The position numbers were made by a program, and so were the translations under genes. Below, in pieces: positions 37,617-50,150 of a stretch of DNA of 64,000 bases (the first letter of the stretch is position 1; every line of letters starts with the position of its first letter). The notes under the pieces were generated by a model that was given only the letters and a program-made list of their open reading frames with translations, made no database searches and was not told where the DNA came from. Source of the DNA: Vermamoeba vermiformis (lineage: Eukaryota); assembly GCA_045837725.1 (NCBI GenBank), contig JBEWZL010000300.1, positions 186,001 to 250,000 on the forward strand, given 5' to 3'.

Positions 37617-39030
37617 ATGAGCATGAATATTACCGGTACGTCACCAAATCCTCCTTGGATCCAGATCAGTTAGTTCTTAATTTAACCCTTGTGACCAAAA
37701 AAAAATGAAAATATGTCTAATTATTACAATAATCCTTCCTTCGTTATATTGCAATTATAACTGATATTTAAAATACAGAATATTTTAAAAATTTGTTAAC
37801 TTCAGCGCGGGATAGCGGTAAGTGCGCTCAATTAACCAACTATTCTTATTTAACGATTTTTGCAGATTTTACTATTGTAGTTTTTGATGAAGAAGGCAAC
37901 AAAGTGGAAAGAAAAGCCCATAAAATATTTTTGAAACGCAGTCCGTATTTTGAAGGCGTACGTTATCCAAACGAACATAAGATTATGTAGTCTAACGACC
38001 ACTTAGCTATTTAATGTCGAAGGAAAAGAACAACAATCGTGCACGGTGACACTGGACAATATTCCGAACGAGACGATGACGCTAATTTTGGACTATGTGT
38101 ACACGGATGCCCTCAATATTCCCGTTGAAAGCGCAGCAGATGTTGCAATAGCCGCCGACTACTTGCAATTAGAACTATTGCGAGATGAATGCATTGACAT
38201 TCTATCAAGTAATTACACCGAGCTTACCGCTGATGACACGGCAGCTTCGCTCGACAAAATTATCAAACACAAGTTAATGATGCCTGAAGACTGCAAAGAC
38301 ATGCTAGAGTACGTTTACAATAATGCAATAGATGCATAATAACGTCGTCTATCAGTTATCTAGCGAGTGGCTTGGACTATTGGAACAACTTGCCCTACTT
38401 GTCAGAACAGTTCTTGGCCGTTCTGATCGAACAGCTCGGTCATTTAACACGACAATGTCTGTACTGGCTCGAGAACTGGACCGATATCGAACACGAGGAA
38501 GAACGAAGGATCGAACAGGCGAAGAATTTATTGAGCAAACTTGACCTGCTGCAGTTAAGCTCCCGCGACTTGTTAGAGTGTTCTTCTTCCGTTTTACTGT
38601 CACCGTCACTAGTACTAGAATTGCTTAGGAAGAAAGCGAAAGAGGAAGATGACGGCGAGTCCCGAGACTACACGTTTCAATTCACGAGCGACTCGTTAGT
38701 TGAGTTCGAGTATGAAGGCACACATTGGTACGCACCATGATGAACTTTTCTGAACACAACTGACCATCATATTATAGGGTTGTCGCATTTTACGCCTTTT
38801 TCATCACGGAATGTAGCCAACTCAAAAATCAGATGTTGTTCAAATTCATCAAAGGAGATCCAGATGCGCAACTCGAAGTCACATTGAAATCAAAAACACA
38901 AGTTGGCTTCTGTTGGACTTTGAAGCCCTTAGAGCGAAGTGGATATTTGGAAGCGACTCCACATAAATTTGATGCGCTTAAAAAAATGCAAAAAGAAGGC
39001 TTTATTCTCCAAGTCTCAGTGTCGCTCTGA
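37617..39030 (+). CDS. BTB/POZ-domain protein
   Basis: DFTIVV..KAHKIFLKRSPYFE; ILDYVYT..IAADYLQLELLRDEC. Confidence 0.85.
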
Positions 39031-39593
39031 GAAGAACACCACTAGTAAAATGGACATCTCTTTGAACCATAATGCTAGTATCTGGCACCCGAGATGGAGA
39101 TTTAAGGTAATTTCGCCATCGGAGAACTGCGTGAAGAACTGCGCACCAGGACATGACTCGCATGGTTAAACAAGTGAAAACTGCGGTCCTGTCATTTCAG
39201 CGTCGGTTCGGTGTTGTTTGCAACAATATCATTACAACATTGACGTGTCTCATAAACATTTATTTATCACTTAAGAAGCTTACCACAACTCGCTTTTCTA
39301 TGATTGTTAGCATTTTATAATATTTATAACAATTAAATCATCAGAGGCGACTTAATACAAATGACAGATCTGAAACAGTAAGCACGAATTTCAGTTTGGG
39401 TGCCTTAATAAATTACCTTAATTTATCCTGATATCAAATCACTATATAGGGTGTAATCAGACCGGTTTACGATTTAATAAGATATTTGAGATTCCATAAA
39501 ATTTCGCTAAATCGTTAATTTTGTAGGAAATCAGTTGCTCGTTATTGCGAAGTAGATTTAGTTCAAACTGATACTAGACCCACTCACAATGTG

Positions 39594-42137
39594 ATGTGGG
39601 ACTCAACAAAAATTCAAAACAGCTTTTCAGAATCAGAACAACAAGATCCACTTTTACACTTCAACATTGTGACAGGCACAATCGTCAGTGGCAAGTTGTG
39701 GCCATTGATATTCGATCAAAGCGATGATCCACTCGTTGAAAAGCGCACCATTGCATTCATGAAGCGAGTTGTTCGTGAGCCACAAGAGCTGAAACAACTC
39801 AACGAGCAACAAGCGCGGCACTTGTTCGTCGGTGTGCGTGACTTGTGGCTCGCTGAGTCACGTGGCTTGTTGTCCGCCGACGAGAAGAAGACACTGAGCG
39901 CAGTGTTGGAGCTGTTGGACGACGAGTTTGTGCCTCACGGTGAACACCAATCAATGTCGTTCTCGTTCTGTCCGTCCAAACATCGTCGCGTGCTCAAGTT
40001 TATTGAAAATATCAACGAGCTCGGTGACTTTGACGAGGAATTACTCGAGTCAATTGCAACACTTGCGGTCAATATAAAAACTGAGCCATTTATCGACGAA
40101 AATGACGGCCAGGTCCTGATTGAAGGCGGCGAGACTTTGACACAATTCTACGCTGTGTGGGTCGATCCACGTGACCTTTCCTATCACAACTTCGAGAACA
40201 TTCTACCACTCGACCGCGCGCTCTGTTTCGACACCAAATATGGCACTAGACCTCCTCCACTACGCCTCAACCTGTCCTCGATTCAACACCCGAACAAGAA
40301 AATGAGCGTCGTCCAGTGCAAGATTGAAGGTCCCGATGCACCGTTACTACTCGAGCTCGACAAGTTAGGACTGTACAGCACTCCCGCGAACTCGAGCACT
40401 CGTGGCGGACAAAGATTCATCTTCTCGTCGAATGCACTCAGCCAAGGTCTCACCACCGCCATCAAGGCGTCAGATCTGTTCAAATCGCTGGGGAGACCTC
40501 GTTCAAAGTACCGCGCGAATACCTTTCAGTTCGTCAACACTGTCTTTCGATGCAACAGATTTGCACCTGGCGACAACAAGTTTGAAATGCACATGGACAC
40601 ACCGTATTATGATGCAGCGAGACAACACATTTCGAGGTACACCATGTTGATATACCTCAGCGATGGCACCGGCAATCCTGCACTAAGCATTAAAAGTGCT
40701 AAAAAAGGTGAAAATGGAGAAGAACAAGAGCAATGTGTGAGCTTCAATCAGTTCTCGAAGTTTGATTGCATATTTTTCGATCAACAATATCCGCACGAAG
40801 GACAAGCGTTCATTGACAGCAACAAAGTGTTTCTCAGAAGCGAATTAGTATTCATTGAGCTCCATGATGACCTCGTTGTTGACACGACTGTTGGCAAGCT
40901 GTTCAGCTCCGCAGTGTACTTCACACTACAAAGCGCATTCCAGCCCGACTACTCGCGACACGCACACGAGTTGTACGAGCGCGTCAACAAAGCACATTGG
41001 AGACTCAACGACGACACACAGTCACAACGATTCGAGCCAATTGTGCTGCACAAGCGTTGGAATGGCCTTCACTTTGCGACGAATGGCAATGACTACTGGT
41101 TCCCGCACGTCGGTGCCGAGAACAACAGTGACCAAGTGACACTTGAGCAACGTGTACAGTACCTCAAAATGACTGCTGTAATCGCGGTACTTGATTATTT
41201 CAATGGGCGATACGGTGAACAAGTGGAGAATAACAACACACTTCAAGCGTTCAGAAAAGAGTGCTCGTCAGAACAAATCAGCGTGCCTCAAGATGTCGAG
41301 TCAACATCTCGCTGGATCATGTCGTACTTGTGGAACCAAATGTCACAAGAAACGAGGCACGGAACTTACGTTGAGTTTACTGACAGCAAGCAAAAAGAGG
41401 CCTATTTCCACAAACGATTGCCGCTTCTCGATTACGTGTTGCCTTCTGATGAAAGAGCCAATCAATGCTGTCCAATGTGCGATCGAGATTTCACTCCGTG
41501 GAAGTGCTACTACACACTTAATGCATACGGAAGCGAGTGGGAATCATGTCTGCAAGAGCTGAAAGACTCTCCTGTTATCTTACTCAACAATCGCTTGCAG
41601 ATCGACGAACAGATGATTGACATTGAAGACGACAAGATATATTTCAAGCACGACAAAAAAGTACCGCACGTCAATTTTGCAGGTAAGATCGATGAAATGA
41701 AGTACATGCGTGGTGTCATCTTTTGGCACCGTACGATCAGAGACTAGATATTTAATTGAATTCTTTTCATAGCGTGTTGGAACAGCCACTCACCCTCGGA
41801 GTTTATATCCGACAAAGAACTGATTGACTCGCCGTACTTGTTGGTTCCACCAATCAACTTCATTGTCATTCCAGCGAGCGAGTCATCTGGTCCGGGCTAT
41901 CAACTTCTCATGGACTTCTTTGGCAATGATTGGGCAATTCCGACGCCTGAAGATCTCGATCAGAAACTGTCCATTCCTAAATTTGTCAAAACACCTCGTC
42001 GGTACCAAGAAGGTGAGATCGAACTTCCGAAACGACCTCGGAAAAGCCCCTATTATTATTCAGGTGATGGATACTACAGCTTTGATACTGATAGTGAGAA
42101 ATCCGATGACGATGATGGTTATGGTTTGTTTGATTAA
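39594..42137 (+). CDS. 2OG-Fe(II) dioxygenase-domain protein (2 exons)
   Basis: FRCNRF..KFEMHMDTPYYD (HxD), YTMLIYL, HEG (distal His), KVFLRSEL; intron ~41683-41772. Confidence 0.8.
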
Positions 42138-42212
42138 TAAAGGTGCTTGTTTCCTTTTTTGGTTAAATCCAACGAGATTGTACGTACATCATTAATTTTA
42201 TTTACATCATTT

Positions 42213-42824
42213 TTAACATATATTACAACGGTCTTTTTCCTTTGTTTTCATCTCTCTTCCTGTGCTTGAGTGCTCATTAAGTTTTTTATCTCGAATTTTT
42301 AAGCAGAGTTCAATTACTGCTTCTTCTACATTAGCTCCAGTTGTCACATTAACTTCATAAAATAGAGCGTTGTATTTTTTAGCTATTTCTTCTCCATGTG
42401 CATACGATACATCTCGAGCTGGAAGATCAGTCTTTGTTCCAATAATCACGATCGGCACGTCTTGAGAGTCTCTCGCTTGGTGAATATCTTCAATGAACTG
42501 AGAAATAGCTGTAAATGTATCTAATGAGGTCACCGAATATACTAAGATAAATCCTTCGCGGTTTGTGGAACGGCAAATTGAAGTAAAATGTGTCTTTAAT
42601 TGTAAATCAGTGTATTTCTCGCCTTCAAGCGCATCCATAATGTCTATTAAAGGTTTTTCGTCGTTTATTAATGTTATTTGTTTTCTAAATCCGTATTTGT
42701 CGTAAAGAAAACTGTCGTATTCTTCCATAAAGTATCCGCACATGAATCTGTAAGCCAGCGTTGATTTGCCAGCGCCGCGAGCGCCTAATACTACCAATTT
42801 ATACTCGCCCAGTAGATATTCCAT
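42213..42824 (-). CDS. Divergent Ras-family GTPase, intronless
   Basis: YKLVVLGARGAGKS, EGFILVYSVT, IIGTKTDL, C-terminal CAAX CNIC. Confidence 0.9.
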   Translation of the reverse strand: MEYLLGEYKLVVLGARGAGKSTLAYRFMCGYFMEEYDSFLYDKYGFRKQITLINDEKPLIDIMDALEGEKYTDLQLKTHFTSICRSTNREGFILVYSVTSLDTFTAISQFIEDIHQARDSQDVPIVIIGTKTDLPARDVSYAHGEEIAKKYNALFYEVNVTTGANVEEAVIELCLKIRDKKLNEHSSTGREMKTKEKDRCNIC

Positions 42825-42897
42825 AGAGTAGTGGTGCTCAACGGTTGCAAAAAATAAATTTGACGATCTTGAATGCACAATTTTATCTTAAGCAATC

Positions 42898-44543
42898 TCA
42901 GAACAAATACTCATTTAGTGCTCGATCATATGACCCTCCATTCAACTTATCAAGCTCTACAACGTGCTCTGAATCGACCATTGCGTTTTTGCAATTGACT
43001 CGGTGCCTTTAAAGGTAACAGATCAGACCTATCCACGCTGATTGCCAATCACTTACCATTCGAAATGTTCTTCGCAGCACACTGTATTCGCCAAGTATTT
43101 CAATCCTCTCTCGGTCCAGAGGCCAGTAGCCATGCTGTAATGTCGATGGAACAGGTTTAACAGGCAGTCTTGGCACGCCCACACATCGTAGACATTCATC
43201 TCCTCGCACGTGGCTTTACTACACTTAATCTAATATAGCATATGTATTAGATATGATAAAATGGATAGGTTGTATGGCTTCAATACCTGACGGCGGATTT
43301 TGAATGAATACAATTTGTGGTGGCCTGGAAACTGCTTCAGATGTTGTGCAATATGCCCACTGCCATCACAAAATGTCGTATCGCAGTCGAGACACTGGAC
43401 TAAATGCGTTCTGTCGCCACAGGTCACGCAGCTCATGTCACTCGACTGCCCCAGTTTCTTGCACCTGAATAACCTTGTTAATATCACCTGGGAACTATAA
43501 ATATCATCATTACCTCTTATACATCTTCCTTAATAAGGGTGTGTATATTTGTGTTTGACCGTGCTTGTCAACTGACTCGTAGTGCTCGGGTACTTCATAC
43601 CGATCGGGATCTCGCGTTGATTGTGCAGGGACATTAATAAACATCGTACAGTCCTCAGCAAAGTGTCCAGGTCGATTGCACTTCCAGCTACACAAGACGA
43701 ATTAATACTTTAACCGAGGACGTGTTTTCAAAGACCTACCACTTGTACGTGCTCAAACTCGTCTTTTGTTTGATAAAGCCACGATTGACTGGATTCCAAG
43801 TGAGTGGCTGATGTTCTGGAAGCTTTAATGTGTACCCAGGGAGATAATTGCTGTTACGATTGGCTGTTGGCTGCTCCGTTGAGGGACCTGCCAGAGGACG
43901 TGTATCACTCACTTCTTGGTCACCCGTTGAATAACCATAGTGTTCAGCAATCTCTTCGTCCTCGTCAACGTCCTCTTCTCGGTACCCTTGAATGAGACTA
44001 AGTAGCGAGGCCTTTTTAGAGTTCTTCAGATTGAAGAAGTCAGTCGGCGTGTCGTCAGATTCGCCTTTGTCACTGCTGACATCCTTCTCAACTGCAGACA
44101 CGCGCTCATCACAACTATTTTTCTCGATATTTGTACTGTTAGTACTCAACACTGTAGTCTGGTTTGGGTCATTCATAAACTGTTCAACGGGATTGGGCTC
44201 TGGCTTGTCGTCCTCGTCGCTACTGTCATCATAAGCAGCAAATGGATTGAACGACCACTCATTCTTGGAAACGTTGGTCGTTGTGCTTACGGTAACGGGC
44301 TGCTCGTAAGGATGAAACCGCAGATTGACTTCTGAAATCGCCAGAAAAATAAAATAAGCAAAATATGGTATAAATGGTGTTGTGCTTACTCTTTTCAGTC
44401 GCGTGTAATTTCTTAAAATTATTGTAACCCTCTACGGAGCCAGATTCGGTTTTTTGCGCCACATCTACTCCTTCGTAGCTTATTGCAGCATCTTTAGCGA
44501 TGTTTTGCATAACATTATGCTGTCCTGTTGTGTGTTCGTTCAT
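42898..44543 (-). CDS. Zinc knuckle plus Cys/His-rich zinc finger protein
   Basis: CWKCNRPGHFAEDC (CCHC); CVTCGDRTHLVQCLDCDTTFCDG..HIAQHL; further C/H motifs; multi-exon. Confidence 0.75.
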
Positions 44544-44739
44544 TACATCGCTAGGCAGCAGTCCGCAGCTGGTCCTTAATTGTATGTCCTGCCCTCTCGG
44601 CAGCAGTTTGGGCAGCAAAAAAATTAGCGAGAAAAAAAACAACTCTCAGCATTGTGTCTATTGTGCAAGCCAACGAGAAGAGATATCCTTGTAGATAGGA
44701 GAATAATATTTTTGTTGAATATATCTCGCTTGCTTCTTG

Positions 44740-47194
44740 ATGGCTCAGCCTACTGGTAACATCGACCAACTGCGTGGTCAGTTGCAAGGCTTGCTTGACT
44801 CCCTGCATGCCTTAGGACGCGACCTGCCTCAATGTTTAATTTCTCTAACACAAGTGGTGCAACCGCAAATACCAAATGAAATGCGTATCCCTCTGCTAGG
44901 CAAGATGTTCGCCGAAGTACCGTCGTATCTCGAATCAGCTACGCCTCAACAATTACAACAAATTGTCAGACAACCGCCAGCTGATGCAGTTGCCTTCAGA
45001 TTATTATTGGACCTCAGCCAAGTCCAGCAAATCCTGCAGAATATTTCATACCTTCAATTACTGCATTTAACAAATAACATGATCCCACCTGGTTCACCGC
45101 AGCAACAGCTAGGATTCTTATCAAAAATTCAGGAGATATTTCAGTTGTGGAGTAACGAGACTTTGGAGCGATACAACCACACCTTTTCAGAAACCCCGCT
45201 CCATCTTGAACGACAACAATTAATGCAGCTTGAGCCTCAAATTCCTTTCGAACTGTTACACCTGCTTGTAGAAGTGCTCAAACTACCTGTAGTCGAATTG
45301 CACGCTTTCAAACGATGGATTGAAAGTCTTCCTCAGAATCACTTAATCTTGTTGGTAAATCTGCTTCAAATGGAACCGGCAGTTCTTATAGAAGTGAAAA
45401 GGAGAATTACAGTAAATACAGAAGATATTGACCCGAGTCAAATCACTGGAGTTCGAGACCCCACCGGTCGGATTACCTTCAAGCTCCAAGGTCCAGCTGG
45501 CAATGCTCTTGGCGACTATCAAAGTCGAGTGGACCCCGAGCAACCTCGTGCTAAAAAGCAAAAGATTAACAACTTGCGTGTTTCAATGACCCGCGATCCT
45601 ACAGTCGAAGTGGATGAAGAGATGGACCATCTGGCCTTGAACACCAATCATTCGTACGCCAACACGCAGATGGGACACCACGTTCCTCTTGATCTAGGTC
45701 TTGAAGAGCCTCCTATTACTGAACTCATACCCGATCAGCACTACATTGTTGAAGAGCCCTCGGATAGCGACATGAGCAGCATGCCCTTGAGTCCTGAATC
45801 AATTATGGCAGTTGCCAATAACAACAATGTTATGACTACGTACGGCAACCAAGGGTAAGTATTGCGAAAGGCGCGGGCAAATAATTTTAGTTTTTTCGAT
45901 CGGCCCAAAGAAAATTACGCAAGCAAATTTTATAAATTAAGGTCTTGAAATCTTCTAAATATTCTCCTTCGATTAAATAGCATTGATAATAACGTTTTCT
46001 GTCTTAGCCATTTTCAACTGCGGATTGCGAAACAACCGCCTGGCAAAACAGTTTATCAACGCATTTTGAAGCCTTTCCCCGCCGTTATGCTGTTAGGTAA
46101 TACATTAGACCTTAATATTACGCAATTCTCTTTTCACAGAATCATAATTTTGACCCATTTCCTTAATTAGGTTCAGGCGTCACTGAGGCGCAAAGCAATT
46201 TATTCGTCGAAGCCACTCTGCTGCGGAGTGACTCAGACGTCGAGTTAAACCAAATTTTGGACGGCAGCAAAGTGATTCGAATTTCTACCGGCGTTTTTGC
46301 GACATTTAAGAAGCTGAAGATTTTATCGACTTCACAACAACAAGGCACGTTGTTCCGCCTCAAGTTCCAATTGAAGCGATACGTGGGCAACGTGTTTGAG
46401 ATCATTGAAGGTGCTTCAGTCACGTCCAATCCCATTGAAGTCTTTTCGCACACGCAGTACCTCAACGAGCGGAAGAATGGTAAGCACGAACTCTTCTTCG
46501 GCAATTCATGAATGTGCGTGTTTCTAATGCGTTTGTTTGAAGGCCCGCCACCCCCACCTAACGTAACGGAGATTATTCCGACGCGTGGACCTACTGCTGG
46601 TGGCACTCGCGCTGTAATTTTGGGTTCAAATTTCTTCGGCTCCCCGTCATTGCGAATGAAGTTTGGCGATGTAGTGGTATGTAGTTTCTATCCTTATAGT
46701 TTTTATATTATCTATCTACCCTCTATTTGCAAATTCCATTATTTTGATTTTAATTTGATAAATTAATAACCCGTTTGTCTATCGTAGACTGACGGGTCCA
46801 ATAACGCTGCAAATTTCAACACGCCTCCATTTAATCCTCGTCCGATGTAATATATGTACCATAGTTTTCTTCTCTGAATAAAATCATTATTTCTGATGGC
46901 GATTATCTATTAATACATTTAAATGATGATCGATTCGACGTGAGCTGATCCAAACATTTTATTTTCATTCAGATAACACCGACATTCCACGAACCAGGCA
47001 CTTTGATTTGTTCTACGCCAGCAGGACGCTCTGACAATACTGTTCAGGTGAGTTGTTATTTAACTACCGAGATTGGACTCGTTAAAGTGGGTGTGATGAA
47101 ACGGTTGTACTTACAGATCTGCACTTAGGTACGCGTGGCTAATGACGGCCAAGAGTACTGCGAGTCATATGCATCGTACACATACACGGGATGA
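44740..47194 (+). CDS. Putative transcription factor: Rel/velvet-like Ig-fold DNA-binding domain + IPT/TIG
   Basis: LRIAKQPP..PFPAVML; ATFKKLKI..LFRLKFQL..VTSNPIEVFSH; IPT EIIPTRGPTAGGTRAVILGSNF..LICSTP..VRVANDG; NLS-like PRAKKQK. Confidence 0.7.
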
Positions 47195-47563
47195 ATCAGA
47201 ATAGTTGTATAAATGGCCTCAATTCGATTGTAATATTGTTATTTTGGATTCGAAGGATCTGATCCCGCGAAGTGTGAAAAGCAAACCTGCTTTCGTAGTA
47301 CTTCTACGCCTGTAAACTTGTAAAAAGATTTAATGTAAAATAAAACACACCACACCCAGCTGACTATGAAATGTGTCGCAGCACTGTTGACGACATTTGA
47401 CACAAATAGGTTCGGTGAAAATTAACAGAAAACAAAATCCATTTATTGTGTTGTATAAATTGGCAGGAAACCATGAATTAGTTGTAAATCGACTAATGTA
47501 TGCTGCAATAACAATCGTCAGCAAAAGGAAAGCGAAGCATAGTTATAGTTGCATTTGAAAACG

Positions 47564-49039
47564 ATGTCCAACGAGCAAATAGAGTTAGAAAATATAGATT
47601 TTGGTGCAATTCAATCACGCAGAATAAATGATACTAGTAACATTGATTTGGACGTCGCCATAATTAAACGATGCACAAATCTGACTTTGACCTTGGAAAA
47701 TTACCAATTGATATCACTACAGCACAAACAAGCCGTCATCAGCGCAATATTAGAGGCAAAAATAATCAAATCATTATATTTAAAAGGTCAAATGCCAAAC
47801 TGCACAGATGAACTGTCAGATCTTTTCAGAAGAGCTCGCTTGGAGACCGTTTGGCTATCTTGGCCTTATCTATATCCCAGTGCGGTTTCAATTTTGTTAG
47901 CGGTTGCATCTAATACCGAGATCAAGCATTTTACTTTGCACCTCACGAGCCACTTAAATATGCTCACAACGGAGCAATGGAACGCAATTGAAAACAGTTT
48001 CAAAAGCAATTCAACAATAGAGTGCTATGAATTCATCGAGTCCCATCGATTTCCGAAAGAATGGTGGCAATTATTCTGCCGCGTGATTGAACACTCGACC
48101 GCTGTTACTTCAATACTCCTCAACGCGCACGGCAATGTCGATCAAATTATACAATCGTTACGAGCAAACAGATATGTTACGAAGCTGCGGTACCACGCAA
48201 TGAGCGCGGCTAGTTGTCAGATTCTGGTTGAACGAGGAATTCCCCTGTCATTAACGAACCGCTGCGGATTTGACTTGGCAAGTTTCCCCGAGACTCTATT
48301 ACTCAGACACAATCTATTGACAGAATTCAGTGCTAAGGGCGATTCATTTGATAAAGACAAGTTGGCTGAGTTCTTCGACGCTCTTCAATACAACAAGTCT
48401 CTAAAAGATTTGGATCTATATTTTTATACAGGTATCCCAAGCACCAACATACATCTAGCAAGAGCATTAAGAACGAATACGTCATTGACGAAACTAAACA
48501 TAAATGTGGACTACACTGACGTCCCCGACGAATCGACCTACACTGTTTTCGACGCAATCGCGCAGAACACTTCACTCACTTCCGTTAGTTTACACCTGCA
48601 ATTTCGGGAATATAATTATAACGGCCCAGACAAAAGTTATAATCGGTACAAAGCTCAATTGAAGAAAGTGATCAAGAAGAATCGGAGCATAACTTCATTG
48701 CACGTACACCCAAGTTTGTTTTCACGGCCGTTAACAGAAGATATCACCGAATTTTTAACGCCTATAGTGGCAAAGAATTTAACTCTATTAGAGTTCTCAT
48801 GCCAGGGGACAAGCTCGACGCAATCAGACTTCCCCGAATTAATGCAGCGAAACTACCAAATAGCACATCGCCTCAAAACAGTGATACTACTGCATAATAT
48901 ACTCCGACACGAATCGTTGTTTGGTCCTTTTCTGCCGCGCGAACTGTGGTTGATAATCTTTGAGTTGAGTTGGCCTGGCCCTTCTCCGACACGGAGCTAC
49001 AGCGCTGTTATAAGAACAATATTCGATGTGTATATCTGA
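47564..49039 (+). CDS. RNI-like LRR protein, intronless
   Basis: Repeats ALQYNKSLKDLDL, ALRTNTSLTKLNI, AIAQNTSLTSVSL; C-terminal LPRELWLIIF. Confidence 0.8.
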   Translation: MSNEQIELENIDFGAIQSRRINDTSNIDLDVAIIKRCTNLTLTLENYQLISLQHKQAVISAILEAKIIKSLYLKGQMPNCTDELSDLFRRARLETVWLSWPYLYPSAVSILLAVASNTEIKHFTLHLTSHLNMLTTEQWNAIENSFKSNSTIECYEFIESHRFPKEWWQLFCRVIEHSTAVTSILLNAHGNVDQIIQSLRANRYVTKLRYHAMSAASCQILVERGIPLSLTNRCGFDLASFPETLLLRHNLLTEFSAKGDSFDKDKLAEFFDALQYNKSLKDLDLYFYTGIPSTNIHLARALRTNTSLTKLNINVDYTDVPDESTYTVFDAIAQNTSLTSVSLHLQFREYNYNGPDKSYNRYKAQLKKVIKKNRSITSLHVHPSLFSRPLTEDITEFLTPIVAKNLTLLEFSCQGTSSTQSDFPELMQRNYQIAHRLKTVILLHNILRHESLFGPFLPRELWLIIFELSWPGPSPTRSYSAVIRTIFDVYI

Positions 49040-49140
49040 TAGCAGTACTTCACCAATAAATAAGGACGTTGAAAATTAAAGCTACCTACTTATTATAAAA
49101 ACAAAAACTACGTATTAACACTAATGACACAGAAGAAGTG

Positions 49141-50150
49141 TCAATGAAAAGGATCATGAATTCGAGAACAAAATGGACATGCGCGAGGACCAGTTGGCAC
49201 TTCGTGGTCAACCCATTGGCCTAACTCGCGTAATTCGTTTCTGTTCCTCTTTTCGTACGAGCGAATAGTTTGGTACAACCACTTTTGAAAATCGTCTTGG
49301 ACCACGTGACAGGTGTCGTATAGTTCGTCAATGGTGCCTGCGTGCACTGCAGCATTGAGTTTGTCCAGGTTTTTCCTGATCATTTTGAGAAAGTCGCGCA
49401 AGCTAATCCCAACTTGGTCTTCAAACGCTTGAACAAAAGAGTCCTCGATCCAATTACTTTGCAGGTAGTTGATATATTGCGCGATTGTCGGGTAGTCGTT
49501 GGCACCGAGATTAGGAAGATCTTCAGGGTAGGTCGTTCCGAGTCTGTCGCAAATCTGCCGCGGTGATGTTAGAGCAATTTGGCGCGGCTTTGCAGGACTT
49601 ACACTTTTGAGGAAATGAGTGCAACAGTGACGAGCTTGAACGCGACCCAACTGTTTCATTTTCTTCTTCGCTTCCTTGTTGTAACCATCGTCTTCGTCCT
49701 TTTCTGCGTCCAAACTCAGCATGGCTAAATCGGTAGTTTCTAACAGCTCCTTCTCATTTTCTTTTCTTAACTCACGGCACTCTTCAATGCAAATATCCAG
49801 TTCTAGTTGCTGGTTCAGGATTTGTAGATTTATTTTCTTAAACTGTCTTTCCATTTCCTTTTGCCGTCTTTCTCTTTCGTTTTGCCATTTTGCTTCAAAT
49901 TCCTTTTGCAATCTTTCTATTTCGTTTTGCCATCTTGCTTCAAATTCATGTAGCCATCTTTTTCGTTCCTCTTGCCATCTTTCTCTTTCGTTTTGCCATC
50001 TTGCTTCAAATTCCTTTTTCATTTTTTTTTTTTTTTTTATCTTGCTTCAAATTCCTGTAGCCATCTTTTTCGTTCCTCTTGCCATTTTTCCAGTTCCTCT
50101 TGCCATTTCGCTAGAGCCCGCTGCTTCACCGCACGCGTTAATATCCGTCG
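49141..50150 (-). CDS. Coiled-coil repeat protein interrupted by a poly-A run (artefact or pseudogene); upstream exons likely
   Basis: EFEARWQNE(R/I)ERWQ/LQ repeats continue upstream of the A17 run at 50022-50038; splice donor near 50445. Confidence 0.5.
49855..50110 (-). repeat. Coding tandem repeats of GAATTTGAAGCAAGATGGCAAAACGAA / TGGCAAGAGGAA units
   Basis: Several near-identical units visible directly. Confidence 0.85.

Noticed and set aside
39040-39260. GC-richer patch after the BTB gene, possibly a gene remnant
   Set aside because: No sustained frame or recognisable motif on either strand.
46790-46950. Possible box C/D snoRNA in the transcription factor intron (ATGATGA...CTGA near 46923-46948)
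   Set aside because: Boxes are only ~15 nt apart with no clear terminal stem or recognisable guide target; needs snoscan or Rfam.
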